A DNA stretch of 64,000 bases from a virus. Below the pieces are notes generated by a model that saw only the letters and a list, made by a program, of their open reading frames with translations, had not been told where the DNA came from and ran no database searches. Location of the stretch: positions 9,719 through 73,718 of IMG/VR virus record IMGVR_UViG_2757320370_000007; one strand, given 5' to 3'. The translations under genes and the position numbers were made by a program. Each line of letters opens with the position of its first letter. Position 1 is the first letter of the stretch. Shown here one piece after another: positions 32,532 through 44,448 of this stretch.

Positions 32532-34418
32532 TTTCGCCCATCTCCTTTAGTATCGTTTTATATTCCTATGTATTAATAAAAATCAACAACATGCAATTCA
32601 TAATCTCCGAATATGTTAGCCTCGATATCTTGTAATTGGTGAGTGTATTTATTTCCCAAGACAACAATATCTTCTGTAATAAAAGGAATGTTCGCGTTGC
32701 TATCCGTTTCATATACTGTCAACCCCACAAGATGCGAAGCAATGAAGCTTTTTCCTCTGTTTGAACTACCCTTGAACACCCAAACTGGTCTCTTTTCTTT
32801 ATGTCTGATTGTCTGAGTAAATAAATCCATATTAACGGTATAGTCGCCACACGGATAGTAACTATCTCCACCATCATACGAAACCTCGAAAACTTTATTA
32901 TTGATATATTCACTGTTGTAAGACTCTGGTAAAATGTCATCGATGTATATTTGCTCTTTAGTTGTGTATGTATAGCCTTCAAATTTTTCAATTTCTTCTA
33001 CTTCAACCTTTCCCCACGAAGCGGAGCACCATCCAGAACCACATTCCCCTTGCTCTTCCCATAAAGTGATTTTAACTTTTCTTTTATCTTCTAGGATTCC
33101 AAATAATACATGTCTTTCAAATTCTGTATCAACATATTCAAAATCACAATTATGTCCCGATACGGACTCTCCAATATACTTTTCAATTCTCAATCCAACA
33201 ATCTTCATATAAATCCCCTTCAATAATATGTATTTTTATTTTATATTTCTAAATAAAATGAGGGTTTTAAACGGTTTCATTCTTCACACAATCTTACCTT
33301 ATGTTTCTGAATCGTCTCTTCGTCCAAATACCATAGAACTGAACCGTGTTCACTTCCAAAATACAGTCCAAATTTATCTTGCATACTTTTGCCAACAAAA
33401 GCGTATTTAGATCCACAACCGTTCAATCTCACCTTATTAGATGTCTCCAGGTGATTCCCTTCAACATCATAAATACCTGTTGGTAATCCTATTGGTATCC
33501 ACTTATCAGATATGTAACATCCATGACCTACGTCCATTAAATCCCTCCTTTACGTAACTTCATAACCAACAATCAGACATCTAGCAAAGTCCAATGGCTG
33601 CAATTCATTAAGGATCTTAAATTCGTCTTTGTAATTTGTACTCATGCAAATACCATTACCAGAAAATCCTTTGCAATGAGATATTAAGTTGAATTGCTTA
33701 TTCCAATTGTCTATTGGCATTTTATCTAGTGCATCTGCAATTTCCTTAGACACTTTTACTTTGTACAACGATACTCTCCTCCTTATTCAATTTCTGCCCC
33801 ATGCTCAACAGCAAGTCTCTAAAATGATTAAAATCTCCATAGTTTGAATATCCACTTGAATATGTATAAGTTCTTGGCTTAGTTAGATTATGTCTTTGAT
33901 ATTCTATGTATCTCTTAGCTTCATCTAGAATAAAGAAGAATGCAACTGGTTCATAATCATCCTTAATCCATGTAGCAGCATACCACTCAATACCATACAC
34001 TTTAAAATAATCATCATAGTTCATAACAAATATTTCATCATCATTTGCTTCAAATGTCTCATACTCCATCTCTCTATAGGGCTTGATTTCAAATGGTGGA
34101 TTCTCTTCTCTTCGTTCAAACCATTCTTGAACCAATTCTTCTTCAGAATCATACCAATGCTCATAGTCATAATCCGTTGTAAATTTCAGAGGTAACCCAT
34201 CATAATATTCAACTTGATCTTGATGATATGGAATATATTCTGGTCGATATGTTTGTACTGCGTGAATAGCATTACTGGTGCATACATTATCCTTTGCCCC
34301 TGGATATTGCTTTTCAGCAAACAGTTTTAAAAACTGTTCTTGGGGATCTGTTAGCTCAATTTCAATATTTTTCATATTTTCTCCTTTCTTGATAAAACAG
34401 AACTTTTACAAACTCACT

Positions 34419-35270
34419 TCATTCTTCTTCTTCGCTATGTATATATTCACTCATATCTTCTTCATCAAAAACTTTGTCAATAACATCGGTAATCCAATCC
34501 ATCGGAAAATCAAAGCTAGGCTCAGATTCTTTCTTCTGATTAATTGCTTCAATCACCATTCTGAATAGAGTTAAGTCCACTCCGGTTAACTGATCTTCTA
34601 ATACTGAAGCATCACTCAGGTCGAGTTTTCCACACTGTAGAATCATTTTGAGATACTGTCCAGCGTTAATCTTCCATCCACGTTCGATAAACTTTCTCGC
34701 ACGAATAATAGAAGCTAGAGGATATTTAGAACCAACATATTTCAATTCCTTTGTGATTAGCGACTCTAACGCTTTCTGTGGCAAAACAAGCTCATTTTCT
34801 TTTGGTTGGTAATAACAAGTGCAATGTACAAAATCATAGTTCTCATGAATCTTATCGGGTTCACCGTAGAATCTTGTAATTAATTGAACATTATCTGATA
34901 ATGTGATTGCATTGCTAGATAAGAACACTGGCTTAAACCCTTTTATGTATTTATTCTTAGCCATACCGCTGCTTGGGACATAGATACTAATCCTACCGTT
35001 TTCAGATTCTTTTACTTCAACTTCAAAAGCGTTTCGGTTTGCCTTGTTAAATTGCCCAACATAATATTCAGCTACCTTCAAACACGATTCTTTATCTGTA
35101 AAATAATAATCATAATCATTAGGTTCTTCATCCTGTAGCAATGATACTATTGCTCCACCAGTAATAAATGTTTTAGTATTAATGATTTTAGATATTTCTT
35201 CATTATCAATGGATGCAATGAAGTTTCGATGCGCTTCTTGTAATCGTCTTTTAATGCTTTTAATATTCAA
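34419..35270 (-). CDS. Nucleotidyltransferase-like protein (Pol-beta superfamily)
   Basis: FITGGAIVSLL..PNDYDYYF..NAITL..YDFVH; paralog of 56056..56763. Confidence 0.65.
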   Translation of the reverse strand: MNIKSIKRRLQEAHRNFIASIDNEEISKIINTKTFITGGAIVSLLQDEEPNDYDYYFTDKESCLKVAEYYVGQFNKANRNAFEVEVKESENGRISIYVPSSGMAKNKYIKGFKPVFLSSNAITLSDNVQLITRFYGEPDKIHENYDFVHCTCYYQPKENELVLPQKALESLITKELKYVGSKYPLASIIRARKFIERGWKINAGQYLKMILQCGKLDLSDASVLEDQLTGVDLTLFRMVIEAINQKKESEPSFDFPMDWITDVIDKVFDEEDMSEYIHSEEEE

Positions 35271-35308
35271 TATGAACCTCCACTAATATGTATTTGTCCT
35301 ACAAATCA

Positions 35309-35352
35309 ATCATATCACATTATTTAATTATAGTATATATGTTTACTATATA
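35309..35352 (-). promoter_or_regulatory. Promoter with operator variant
   Basis: TATACT-17-TATGAT (TG-extended) overlapping TATATAGTAAACATAT. Confidence 0.6.
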
Positions 35353-35631
35353 AATATTTTTAACCAGCATCCACAATCACAGTTTAGATTATGTTCAATC
35401 TTTTTCATGTTTGGTACTGGCAATCTAGCTGAAGGAAAACTATATGGCCTATTCGCATATTGTAATCTTCCTTCTTGATATTCTATTTCTTCAAGAATTT
35501 CCTTTAGTTCTTTTTCAAGTTTCCGTTTTGACTTAATTGCAATCTCATCTCGGAGTTCAAGCGCTTTTGTCTTTAGTGTTTTTGTGCTAACAAGGTATAA
35601 CATTTCTCCCCAGACACCCATTATTCACCTC

Positions 35632-35935
35632 TTACTTTTTCATTTTACTGTTAGAACTGTACCCCAATATCTGTTCCAACACTCCAACAATCATAGCCTT
35701 AAACTCTGGAGTCATTGTTTTCACTTTATCAATTTGACTTTCAAGCTTCTTATCAGCAATAATGTCTCTAATATCCTCTATTAATTGTGAATTTTCGTCT
35801 TTCTTATCAAACAGAGGATCTTTTTCTAATAGAGTAATTAAATATTTCAAGTTGATAAAACGTAAATGCGCGAAGTATATCTAAAAGTTCTATTGATCCG
35901 TCACTTTGTACTGGGACAAGTATGGTTCTTTTCAC
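35632..35935 (-). pseudogene. Frameshifted hypothetical gene
   Basis: RBS + GTG at 35935 (MKRTILVPVQ..FYQL) joins ORF 35632..35850 with a 1-nt shift near 35850. Confidence 0.5.
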
Positions 35936-36434
35936 AGTTAATATTCTCCTCTCTTCGTGAAATCGGGCTTTCATGTGCTTTATTTTTCATCGAATCTTGG
36001 TCTGTGCATCAATCGGTTAATTCAAATTCGCCAACAACTTTCACATCTTTCAATTCTGTGTTTGACCTAAGAGATTCGTCTTCTAACATCTCCAAGTCTT
36101 CAATATCACAAGGCAATTGCTCTCCAAAACTTTCTTCCCAAACCTCTTTGCTAATCCAAATTTCTCTTTCTAAAGTTACTTTTATAGCTACTCTTTTCAT
36201 TTAACACCCTCCTCTTACTTTGTAATTTGTGTCTATTGTTCAGTATCTTCGCACTGTGCATTACTTATCGGAAACATTTCTATCAAGAAAAAAACATTAG
36301 ATGGAAAAATTGTAGACGTTAATGGAACGCCAAAAAGGAAATTCGCTTTATCTGGTCCAATTTTACATATAGTACATAAATGTGTTATATGTATTATATG
36401 TATTATTTATAAATGTGTGGAGGGCGATAATGAA

Positions 36435-36722
36435 ATGAGTAAAAAAAGAAGAGTAAATCGACCATATTCAATTTATTCTGTTATAATTGGCGTTTCTGTA
36501 GCCTTAATTTTTCTTTTGGATTACTATGCTATAAAAGCTGATCAGTTTGGAGAAGGTATCGGCATTGTTTCTCTCTTTTATATTAGTCCTATAGGATTTG
36601 TTTTTGGATTAATGGGTCTTATGAATAAAAAAAATAGATATGTCGCTCTTTTGGGGATAGGAATCAGTTTAGCAGACTTTTTGTTTCCTTTATTCATCAT
36701 GTGGATTATTCGTGCTCCATAA
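36435..36722 (+). CDS. Small three-TM membrane protein, opposite orientation (moron-like)
   Basis: GGAGGG RBS, three hydrophobic segments, AT-rich upstream region. Confidence 0.7.
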   Translation: MSKKRRVNRPYSIYSVIIGVSVALIFLLDYYAIKADQFGEGIGIVSLFYISPIGFVFGLMGLMNKKNRYVALLGIGISLADFLFPLFIMWIIRAP

Positions 36723-37441
36723 AATACAATTATACTTCTCCTTTATAAGCATTATTAATTTATAAACATCAATTGAACCTGATGCTTAAGTAGGGCTATA
36801 TAGTTGTTGTACTGTTTTTTTTGTGTCAGCCATTTCCTTCTAATGCGCTATATGCGTCTACTGCTCAGTATCATTAATCGGCTCTTCCCACAACAAATTA
36901 ACATTACACAAAGGGCAATTATCAGTCCCAAAAGCTACCTGATGTTTATTATTAAGCAGCTCGCATACAGGACATTCGTATTTAATGTATGGTTGCTCAC
37001 CTTTGTTTTCATAATGATTTTCAACCGGTTTTACGTATGCGATTCTTTGGTAAGCATATTTTGAATCTGTTACTTTACCATTAAGCATATCCTATCCACC
37101 TTTCTTTTCTCAATTTGTGTTTACTACACTTGATCAAATCAAGCTTTCATCAGTCATTGTCCTTTCACATAAAAACTCTATGTTAATTCCTCAACTTTAA
37201 ATATCTTCTTGTTGCAGTTTATGCAAAATGCCAATTTCCCTGATCTATGCTTTAAATAATCATACACCTCGGTGTTATCAGCCTCGCTTCCATCAAAATT
37301 AGTTCTGTAGTGTACTGTTCCAGACACCTGTTCTTTAATATAATATCCCTCGCTAGAATTGCAATGAGGACATTGAGTTATAGGTGCTTTAGATTTTCTC
37401 AAATTTCACACTTCCATTTCTTTGTGAAAGTAAACTTTGAT

Positions 37442-38173
37442 CTAAAATGTTTTCAAATGATTCTTAACAAGTTTATGTAAGATTGTTTTTAGTTGATAGT
37501 TTGTTTCCTCATTAAAGGGAACTTCATAATACTTCCCCTCCAAGTCTAAAGCGATCTTCTCATTAAAGTCGGCAATTTCTCTAAACTCCTCTAGAGAACA
37601 CTCGCCACGTTTTATACGAAACATGTGATCTCTGCTGGCCCCTTCATATGTAATTGCACCCTTAAAATCCTTAAATTCCGATACATAAAATTTGATTAAG
37701 AATGATAAGAAGTGAAGCGACATCATAGCCTTCTTTGTGTTATATCCATATTTAGCAATCAAATTCCTCTGCAATTCAGAGTTTGGATTCGTAAGGTCTT
37801 TCATTTGACCTCTATACATACCATAACAACTATTGAACAGGCTTCTGAGATTGATAGTAGCAATTCTATCTCTGATTTCGAGTAGTTGTTTAGTCTCAAG
37901 ATAGCCAAATGTATCAACCTCTACTGAGTAAAGCAATTCTAAAAAAGTTAGATTTGAATTGGTAAGCAATTTTTCTAATTTTCTCACATCATGAATTTCA
38001 ATATCTTCTGCATCTGAAGTTTGAAAGTTCTTATAAAGAGATCCTGAATACAAATCATCAAACGTTGGTAACACAAAGAACTTTACATCTCTGTCTGAAT
38101 TTTCATCATCTAAGTTTCTATTTCTGCTGCCCGATACAGCCTTAAAAACTGCTTCTCTATTGTGTATCTTCAA
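37442..38173 (-). CDS. Nucleotidyltransferase (RlaP/Nuc-transf-like, Pol-beta superfamily)
   Basis: VSGSRNRNLDDENSDRDVK, SNLTFLELLY, GYNTKKAM. Confidence 0.75.
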   Translation of the reverse strand: MKIHNREAVFKAVSGSRNRNLDDENSDRDVKFFVLPTFDDLYSGSLYKNFQTSDAEDIEIHDVRKLEKLLTNSNLTFLELLYSVEVDTFGYLETKQLLEIRDRIATINLRSLFNSCYGMYRGQMKDLTNPNSELQRNLIAKYGYNTKKAMMSLHFLSFLIKFYVSEFKDFKGAITYEGASRDHMFRIKRGECSLEEFREIADFNEKIALDLEGKYYEVPFNEETNYQLKTILHKLVKNHLKTF

Positions 38174-39109
38174 TTAAAATCTTCTCTCCTCTCTCTCTTT
38201 GATAATTTCTTCAGACAATAAAACAGACTCACCTAACTTATCCATACTTTTTCGAATCTGTTCTGCTGTTAAAATTGATCTATTGCATTTAAGAAACCGA
38301 TATCGGTCTCTCACTTTATTTTTGTAAACTGCAAAATAATCTTTGTCAATCATTTCACATCGCTCCATTTCTACGTAAAAGGAAAAATTGATCAAGAAAC
38401 TATTCTTCAAACCTTAAAATGTCCAAAGGAACAAGATGTAAGCCCATCCCCGTATCTTCAACAAGAGCAAGTCCTTCGTTTTCATAGATGTAATAAACAC
38501 TCAAGTTAGAATATGAGGACAGTTGCTCATAGGCATTAGTGTTAACCGCTGTTTGATTGAGTAGTTTATCTGTGGCATACATACTTAATTGCAAGAGTTT
38601 ACTGTGCAGCATATCTAAATCGTCTATAAATTTCTTATTCTGAATCTCTGCCTGTTCATTGTTACCGATGTCTTCATTTTCGTATTTAGTAGAGAGTGCG
38701 GCAATTTCTTGAGCAACCTTAAAAGTGTTTTTGATATCCATGTTTTCTATCTCCTATTCGCTATAAAATGTATTGATTCATCATTTTTAATAACTGTTAA
38801 CCATGCCCCAATCGTCGCTTTGACTCATTCGGATACTTGCTTTGCAATTCCCTTGTAATCTCTTCCATGGTTGATTGAAGAGCGACATATGCTGCGTCTA
38901 AAATTGCTTTTCTCTTCAGTTTCTCTTCATTGGGTAAGTCTACTGCATCTAGGATTAACATATCGTACAGAGCCTGTGGATACTCCTGCAATTGATCATT
39001 CCACATTATAAAATCAAGCTCCGCTGCCGTTTCAATTTCATCATTGCCAATGTCTGCTATCATATTTTTAAAGTTCAATATACCTACTCTCCTTTCATTG
39101 AAACACTCA

Positions 39110-39340
39110 TCAAAACTTACAATCATTCAAATGATTTACCATATCGTCTAAACGATGATTTACATTCTCTTTGAACGATTCAATAATTTCTTCATCGGTA
39201 TCACCCTCAAGATCGATTGTAATTTCAGAGGTTTCATATGGGAAAAGCATAGATACGGCCTTTTCTTCTAAACTCACTTCAGTAATTTGTAAATCTCCAA
39301 CTTCCTTGCACAGTTCCTTTAGTTGCTTTTCGATATTCAT
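39110..39340 (-). CDS. Small acidic protein, paralog 1
   Basis: C-terminus nearly identical to 39568..39798. Confidence 0.75.
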   Translation of the reverse strand: MNIEKQLKELCKEVGDLQITEVSLEEKAVSMLFPYETSEITIDLEGDTDEEIIESFKENVNHRLDDMVNHLNDCKF

Positions 39341-39567
39341 TTTCTACTCTCTCTCCATTTCATTATGAAATATTTGTTTTACCAAGATTAATCTAATCTT
39401 GTTTGGTAACGACATAGTCCGTAGAAATCCTTTCGCCATTCAAGAGCAAATTCACTCTAATACCAGACCCGCTATAAGATATGTAATCTTCTTCTATTTC
39501 AATTGAGAGATTGTTCTTTAAATATTCGGTCAACTCTTGTTCGTTCATTCTGTCACCTCATCTTTTA

Positions 39568-39798
39568 TTAAAATTTGCAATCATTCAAATGATTCACCAT
39601 GTCATCCAACCGATGATTAACATTTTCTTTGAATGATTCAATGATAACTTCATCTGTGTCTCCTTCAAGATCAATTAGTATTGCGCTCGTTTCATAAGGC
39701 AAAAGTACATATACACACTCTTCTTGTAGGTTGATTTCAGTAATTTCAATATCCCCAGATTCTTTTAATAGTTCTTTAAGCTTCTCTTCAATGCTCAT
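39568..39798 (-). CDS. Small acidic protein, paralog 2
   Basis: IDLEGDTDE.IIESFKENVNHRLDDMVNHLNDCKF shared with 39110..39340. Confidence 0.75.
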   Translation of the reverse strand: MSIEEKLKELLKESGDIEITEINLQEECVYVLLPYETSAILIDLEGDTDEVIIESFKENVNHRLDDMVNHLNDCKF

Positions 39799-41662
39799 CT
39801 CTAATTTTCTCCCCTTATGAAATGCCACTTTTATTTAGTCATTCTCTCAACCGACAAGGTGATTTTATCCCCATCTTTCAAATGTCCAAATCCCTTAGAT
39901 GTTAATATTCTGTCTACTTCTTCAAGAAACATTTCTTGACTATATGATCCATCGTTAATTTGGAACTCCCACTCATCAGTTTCTTCTATGTAAATAACCT
40001 CTCCAGTAATTTTGTCCATTTCCCATTCATCTCCATTTTTTTGATAAACTTCACATTTCATCCGATTGTAACTATCCATTCTTCTGTAGAAGCTCTAAAG
40101 ACTTTGTGAATTACTTTCCTATTATTTAGTTCTTTGCTAATAGAATTAAGCAATTCTTCTTTATAAACCCTTGTAGCACCTTGATTGATTATCTGATCAA
40201 TACCCTTCTTCCAAGTTATCTTGCCCATCAATTTCACCTCCTGATTTTTTGATCAAAGATTCGTTTTTACTTAAAATCCAGTGATACCGAGTCAAACTTG
40301 TTATCAATAAAACTTGGTATAACACTCAAGAACTTATCCCACACCAGTATTGTCAGCTCTAATTTATCGCCAACCTCTCTAACCTCTTTCACAACACCAA
40401 TTGCTTGTTCTTTGTGTACAAAAGGTTTATTCTCAAACGCTACCAAATCTCCATCTCCGTACTTTGGAATCTCTAAAATCACTTTCATTTCTCGTCATCC
40501 TTTCTAAGTGAAAGATTGGTTTTATTAATATCTCCTTGCCTTATTGCGTATGCTCACAGCTAAAAGATAGTTTTCTTCTATTTCTTCGTCCGAGTAGTCA
40601 CCCTCAAAACTGTAGTTCTCACTTGCAAAAGCGTGTCTAATCATTTCCAACTCTTTCTCAGTAAAATAAATTTGTTTACCAGCCATCTTTCCACCACCCT
40701 ATGAAAGGCTAATTTCATCTTAGAATTAAACGAACATATTTTCAAATTCACCTTCTGCAAGCCAATATTTAATATACAGTCCTTCGTGTGGACTGTGATA
40801 TAATAGATAACCATCGTCTCTTTTATATAAATCTATATCAGAATTGCCATAGGCCCAAACACATCTTTCTCTTTCTCCGGCCTTCATTTCTTTCAACTGA
40901 TCGATATACATGCCCTTGCTCATAATCTTAACCTTTTCTTTGTTACCATCTTCAAGGCCAACCATAATTATAATATCATCGGGGAATTTATCTTGCGTTA
41001 CACTTTTAATTGTGCAATTTTGATACTCCAGATGTTTAGTATCCAACATAATGTTCGTTGTCTCTCCTTAATCGATCATATTTTCGAAATGTCTAATTGC
41101 TTCTTCCGGATTATAACTTTGTTGAATGCAATCTATGTAAGTATCTCTAAATCCTTCGTTCTCACTAACGCCTATAGCATCAAACCATCTTTCAATTATG
41201 ACCTCATATGCTGAGGCTTTTGCTCGATATTCTGCTGCTTTTCTAATTGCATCTTTAATTTCGTTAGGAACCTTGGCGCCTTCGTCTGTATCATATATGA
41301 TTCCTTTTATTTCCTTGATTGCTTCATCAAGAGTAATACTTGTTTTCTTGTTCTTCTTTGATCTCAATAAGTGATCAACATCGCAATACATATCAGAATC
41401 TATAATATGTGGCTTATTATTGAATCTTGAAAGATACTCCCCAATTGAAAAATCTCCTTCGCCATACCAAAACTTTCTTCTGCCATCCCATTTTATAACA
41501 TGGGCTATTTTATCCAGATCAAATTCCGAAACAGCGCGCGCCTCATCTTCATTATTAGCTACAACAAGTAACTGTCTTTCTGAATTTTTCGGACGTTTTT
41601 CTTCAACAACTAGCCATCCACTCAGCAAACAATTTCACTCCTTTCTGTGTAAAAGACTCACT

Positions 41663-42499
41663 TCATCTAAAAAAATCTCTAAATGTGTTTCCTATCGTTC
41701 CCCAAAAAGAGTGCGGCTCCTTTGCTAATTTAGATACTTTCTTAAGCACGGACTTCAATTCTGCAATTAGTGTCTTCTGCTCTTCAATTAGTTCTAAATT
41801 TTCATTATAAATTCGTTCTCCGATTTGATTTATTAGATCAGGTAAGCCAATCCTAATTAAGTCGCTCTTTTTTAAATAAATTGAATACTTGATTTTAGAT
41901 TCATACAAATACGTAAAGTTGATACCCGCTTCACTCGTTTCTAGCGTTTGGTTCCATTCGTTACGTTTTTCTTCCGACATTAACAATACTGGATTTAATT
42001 CATAGTATGAGGCTCTTTCATTATTGTTCTCTTCAAAATCTACTATGGTTCTGTATTGTTCTTTTTTAAGAGCAACTCCCCTCCTCTCCAATACATCAAT
42101 TACAATATCGCCAGCGCTTTCTGACAATTTAGTAAACTTCCATCCGAATCTTAATGTTCTTTCTTCCAAGTCTACGACTTTTGAAAATAGAGATCTTGAT
42201 AACTCTAAACTTTCACCGTTCTTTACGAGTTCTCGACAGTACGGCTTTGACTCCCGAGTCTTCGAATCATAGAACTTATCCCAGTTAATCGGTTTATAAT
42301 TTTCAATTCCTTCTTTGAACTTATTGAAATGAGCAAATAACTCTCTATATTTCTCTCTCAACTTTAGTCTCTCAGTTCTTTCTTTCCCGGATCGAACCCC
42401 TAGAGAAAAAGTCACTAAACTCAATCCCAAACTGATTAATGCACTTATTCCTGTTCCATACCAGTCAAAGGAACTACTCACGATCTTTCCTCTTTTCAT
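41663..42499 (-). CDS. Membrane-anchored hypothetical protein
   Basis: N-terminal TM helix; bounded by palindromes at 41649 and 42498. Confidence 0.65.
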   Translation of the reverse strand: MKRGKIVSSSFDWYGTGISALISLGLSLVTFSLGVRSGKERTERLKLREKYRELFAHFNKFKEGIENYKPINWDKFYDSKTRESKPYCRELVKNGESLELSRSLFSKVVDLEERTLRFGWKFTKLSESAGDIVIDVLERRGVALKKEQYRTIVDFEENNNERASYYELNPVLLMSEEKRNEWNQTLETSEAGINFTYLYESKIKYSIYLKKSDLIRIGLPDLINQIGERIYNENLELIEEQKTLIAELKSVLKKVSKLAKEPHSFWGTIGNTFRDFFR

Positions 42500-42511
42500 A
42501 AAAGAATTGTT

Positions 42512-42769
42512 TTATTTTAGCCAGCTTCCATACTCACAATTTCCTTTTACAACTACCCTTTCGTCAATACGATGGACATCAAATTGGGGATTCTCTTTCT
42601 GGTATTTAAGAACCTCGTTATAAGTATCCTCAGTTGGAATAATCGAAACACCACCGGCTTTAAACTCAGTACCAATAACAAAATCAAAAGTCAGTGGACG
42701 ATTATGATGAATTGACCAACAACGTTCTACAACCGATTTTGCCTCAATGCTTAAATCCTTCCATTCCAC
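42512..42769 (-). CDS. Hypothetical protein, paralog of 4822..5115
   Basis: Shared CW and PTEDTY.E.LKY motifs. Confidence 0.7.
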   Translation of the reverse strand: MEWKDLSIEAKSVVERCWSIHHNRPLTFDFVIGTEFKAGGVSIIPTEDTYNEVLKYQKENPQFDVHRIDERVVVKGNCEYGSWLK

Positions 42770-42792
42770 ACAAACATCTCCTTATGAAAGTA

Positions 42793-43449
42793 TTATTTCA
42801 ACAGCTCATTTATATTGCTTCTAATTTGTTTTTTTACTAATTCTGTAGATGTATCAATGTGTATCCCCACATCACAAATTTTACTCACACCATCTGAATT
42901 CCCTGATATCTCATCAAAAATATGAAATATATTATTCAATGCTGTTTCTACGGTGTCTGTATGAATATCGTTAAGTTTGTATTTTTCTACTAACTCTGTG
43001 ATCATTTCGTCTCTGAAATCATAGGGATAATCTATGAAATACATAAATTCTTTAACGTTAATAGTTCTGTCTTTTGTTATGTACAAAACAGTAGGTTTGA
43101 GTTTTCCAGAGCCTAGATCTCTATAAAAAAAGGACGTATATATATTACTTGAATTAATAAACTCTAAGAATTCCGGATTTTGAACTGAAGTTTCAGAGTA
43201 TAGATCCTTGGCAATGTCTTCAAAATTACTGATTCCGATTATTGCAGGATTATTGTTAATAATAACTTCGAAGTTATTCAGAATACGTGTAAATCCTGCT
43301 CCAGTTAACCATCCCAAGGGGTACGGTAGATTCCTTAATTTTTGATAATCATCCATTACTCCATTTTCTTTCCGTCCATTCACAAACATTCTGGTGTCGG
43401 TAACTAGAATAGAAAAGTCCCTACCAATGTAACCAATCACAACTGTCAT
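42793..43449 (-). CDS. Ntn-hydrolase/proteasome-beta-like protein
   Basis: M-T start followed by VVIGY..ILVTDTR..K..GAG pattern. Confidence 0.55.
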   Translation of the reverse strand: MTVVIGYIGRDFSILVTDTRMFVNGRKENGVMDDYQKLRNLPYPLGWLTGAGFTRILNNFEVIINNNPAIIGISNFEDIAKDLYSETSVQNPEFLEFINSSNIYTSFFYRDLGSGKLKPTVLYITKDRTINVKEFMYFIDYPYDFRDEMITELVEKYKLNDIHTDTVETALNNIFHIFDEISGNSDGVSKICDVGIHIDTSTELVKKQIRSNINELLK

Positions 43450-43501
43450 ATATTCAACTTCTTTCCCTATGAAAATTGTTGTTTTATTTTATTTAATTCA
43501 T

Positions 43502-43939
43502 TCAGTTATAAACCCAAAACTTACGAGTAGATCCAAATGCACCTTTTTCTCTGTATTCAATTTCATTTCGCTCGCAAAATTCTTTGTATATCTGTAATAG
43601 TCGTTCGTTTTCCACTGGTTCTTTTCCTAATGTCTTATTGATTATATCGTTTGTTTCGCGTCCATGTTTATTCTCATTGTCTTTATGTCTGACAAAAGAA
43701 TTTTTCTCATATCCAATAAATCGACTTGGAGAAAAAATATGATCACCATTATTATCGAGAGTTACTACAAAACAAATCCCCTGTACAATATAATCATTGT
43801 ATTCTTTTCTGTGAGTGTCTAATCTTTTATACACCTCTAATGAATAGATATTTTTATTAATTTGTTCCCAGTTTTCAATTAGTTTCATTGGTTGTTTTGC
43901 CCCTCCAATTTCTTCAATAGAATCTATTCTTTTTATCAT
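43502..43939 (-). CDS. Hypothetical protein resembling an N-terminal domain of HNH nucleases
   Basis: GICFVV..FSPSRFIGY..HGRETN..RKFW. Confidence 0.4.
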   Translation of the reverse strand: MIKRIDSIEEIGGAKQPMKLIENWEQINKNIYSLEVYKRLDTHRKEYNDYIVQGICFVVTLDNNGDHIFSPSRFIGYEKNSFVRHKDNENKHGRETNDIINKTLGKEPVENERLLQIYKEFCERNEIEYREKGAFGSTRKFWVYN

Positions 43940-44041
43940 AACTATTCCACAATTACTATGTATTTTCCTGCTGCCGAATCATCTTCTCTTCACTTATTAT
44001 ATTACTATATTTACTTTATAAAAGCAATCATTATCTTTGCC

Positions 44042-44419
44042 TCATAGACTTCTCATCTCATTAATATCTATACTCAACAACTCGCATAGCTTCATACTCA
44101 AATCTGCTTTCACCCTATCCAGCAGTAGCACCATGCTTCCTGTATATCCTCTGCACAAATATTTAGTTCTGATCTCTACTTTCGTTCTTTTCGTATCAAT
44201 TACCTTCATTCCCTTATTTCTCATTTGTTTTCTAATTTCTGCTAGTTCCAACGTTAATTTATCCTGCAATTTAACCAAGTGAAACAAAAAGATGTCACCC
44301 AATCTAAACTCTGCACCTTTCATCTTGGTTATATTGTCCTCCAATATATCCAGCAAGAATGGTATCTCTAAATACTGTTTAATAAATTCAAGCTCATCTC
44401 CGGTCGGATGTTGTTGCAT
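44042..44419 (-). CDS. YhjD-like SOS-associated protein
   Basis: YLEIPFLLDILEDN..MRNKGMKV..YLCRGY pattern; LexA box upstream. Confidence 0.6.
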   Translation of the reverse strand: MQQHPTGDELEFIKQYLEIPFLLDILEDNITKMKGAEFRLGDIFLFHLVKLQDKLTLELAEIRKQMRNKGMKVIDTKRTKVEIRTKYLCRGYTGSMVLLLDRVKADLSMKLCELLSIDINEMRSL

Positions 44420-44434
44420 TAACTTCACCTCATA

Positions 44435-44448
44435 AGAACATTCGTTCT
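44435..44448. promoter_or_regulatory. LexA (SOS/Cheo) box
   Basis: AGAAC-ATTC-GTTCT just downstream of a minus-strand TTTACC-17-TATAAT promoter. Confidence 0.8.

Noticed and set aside
41044-41058. Possible second LexA box
   Set aside because: The spacing is N5 and one half-site is mismatched.
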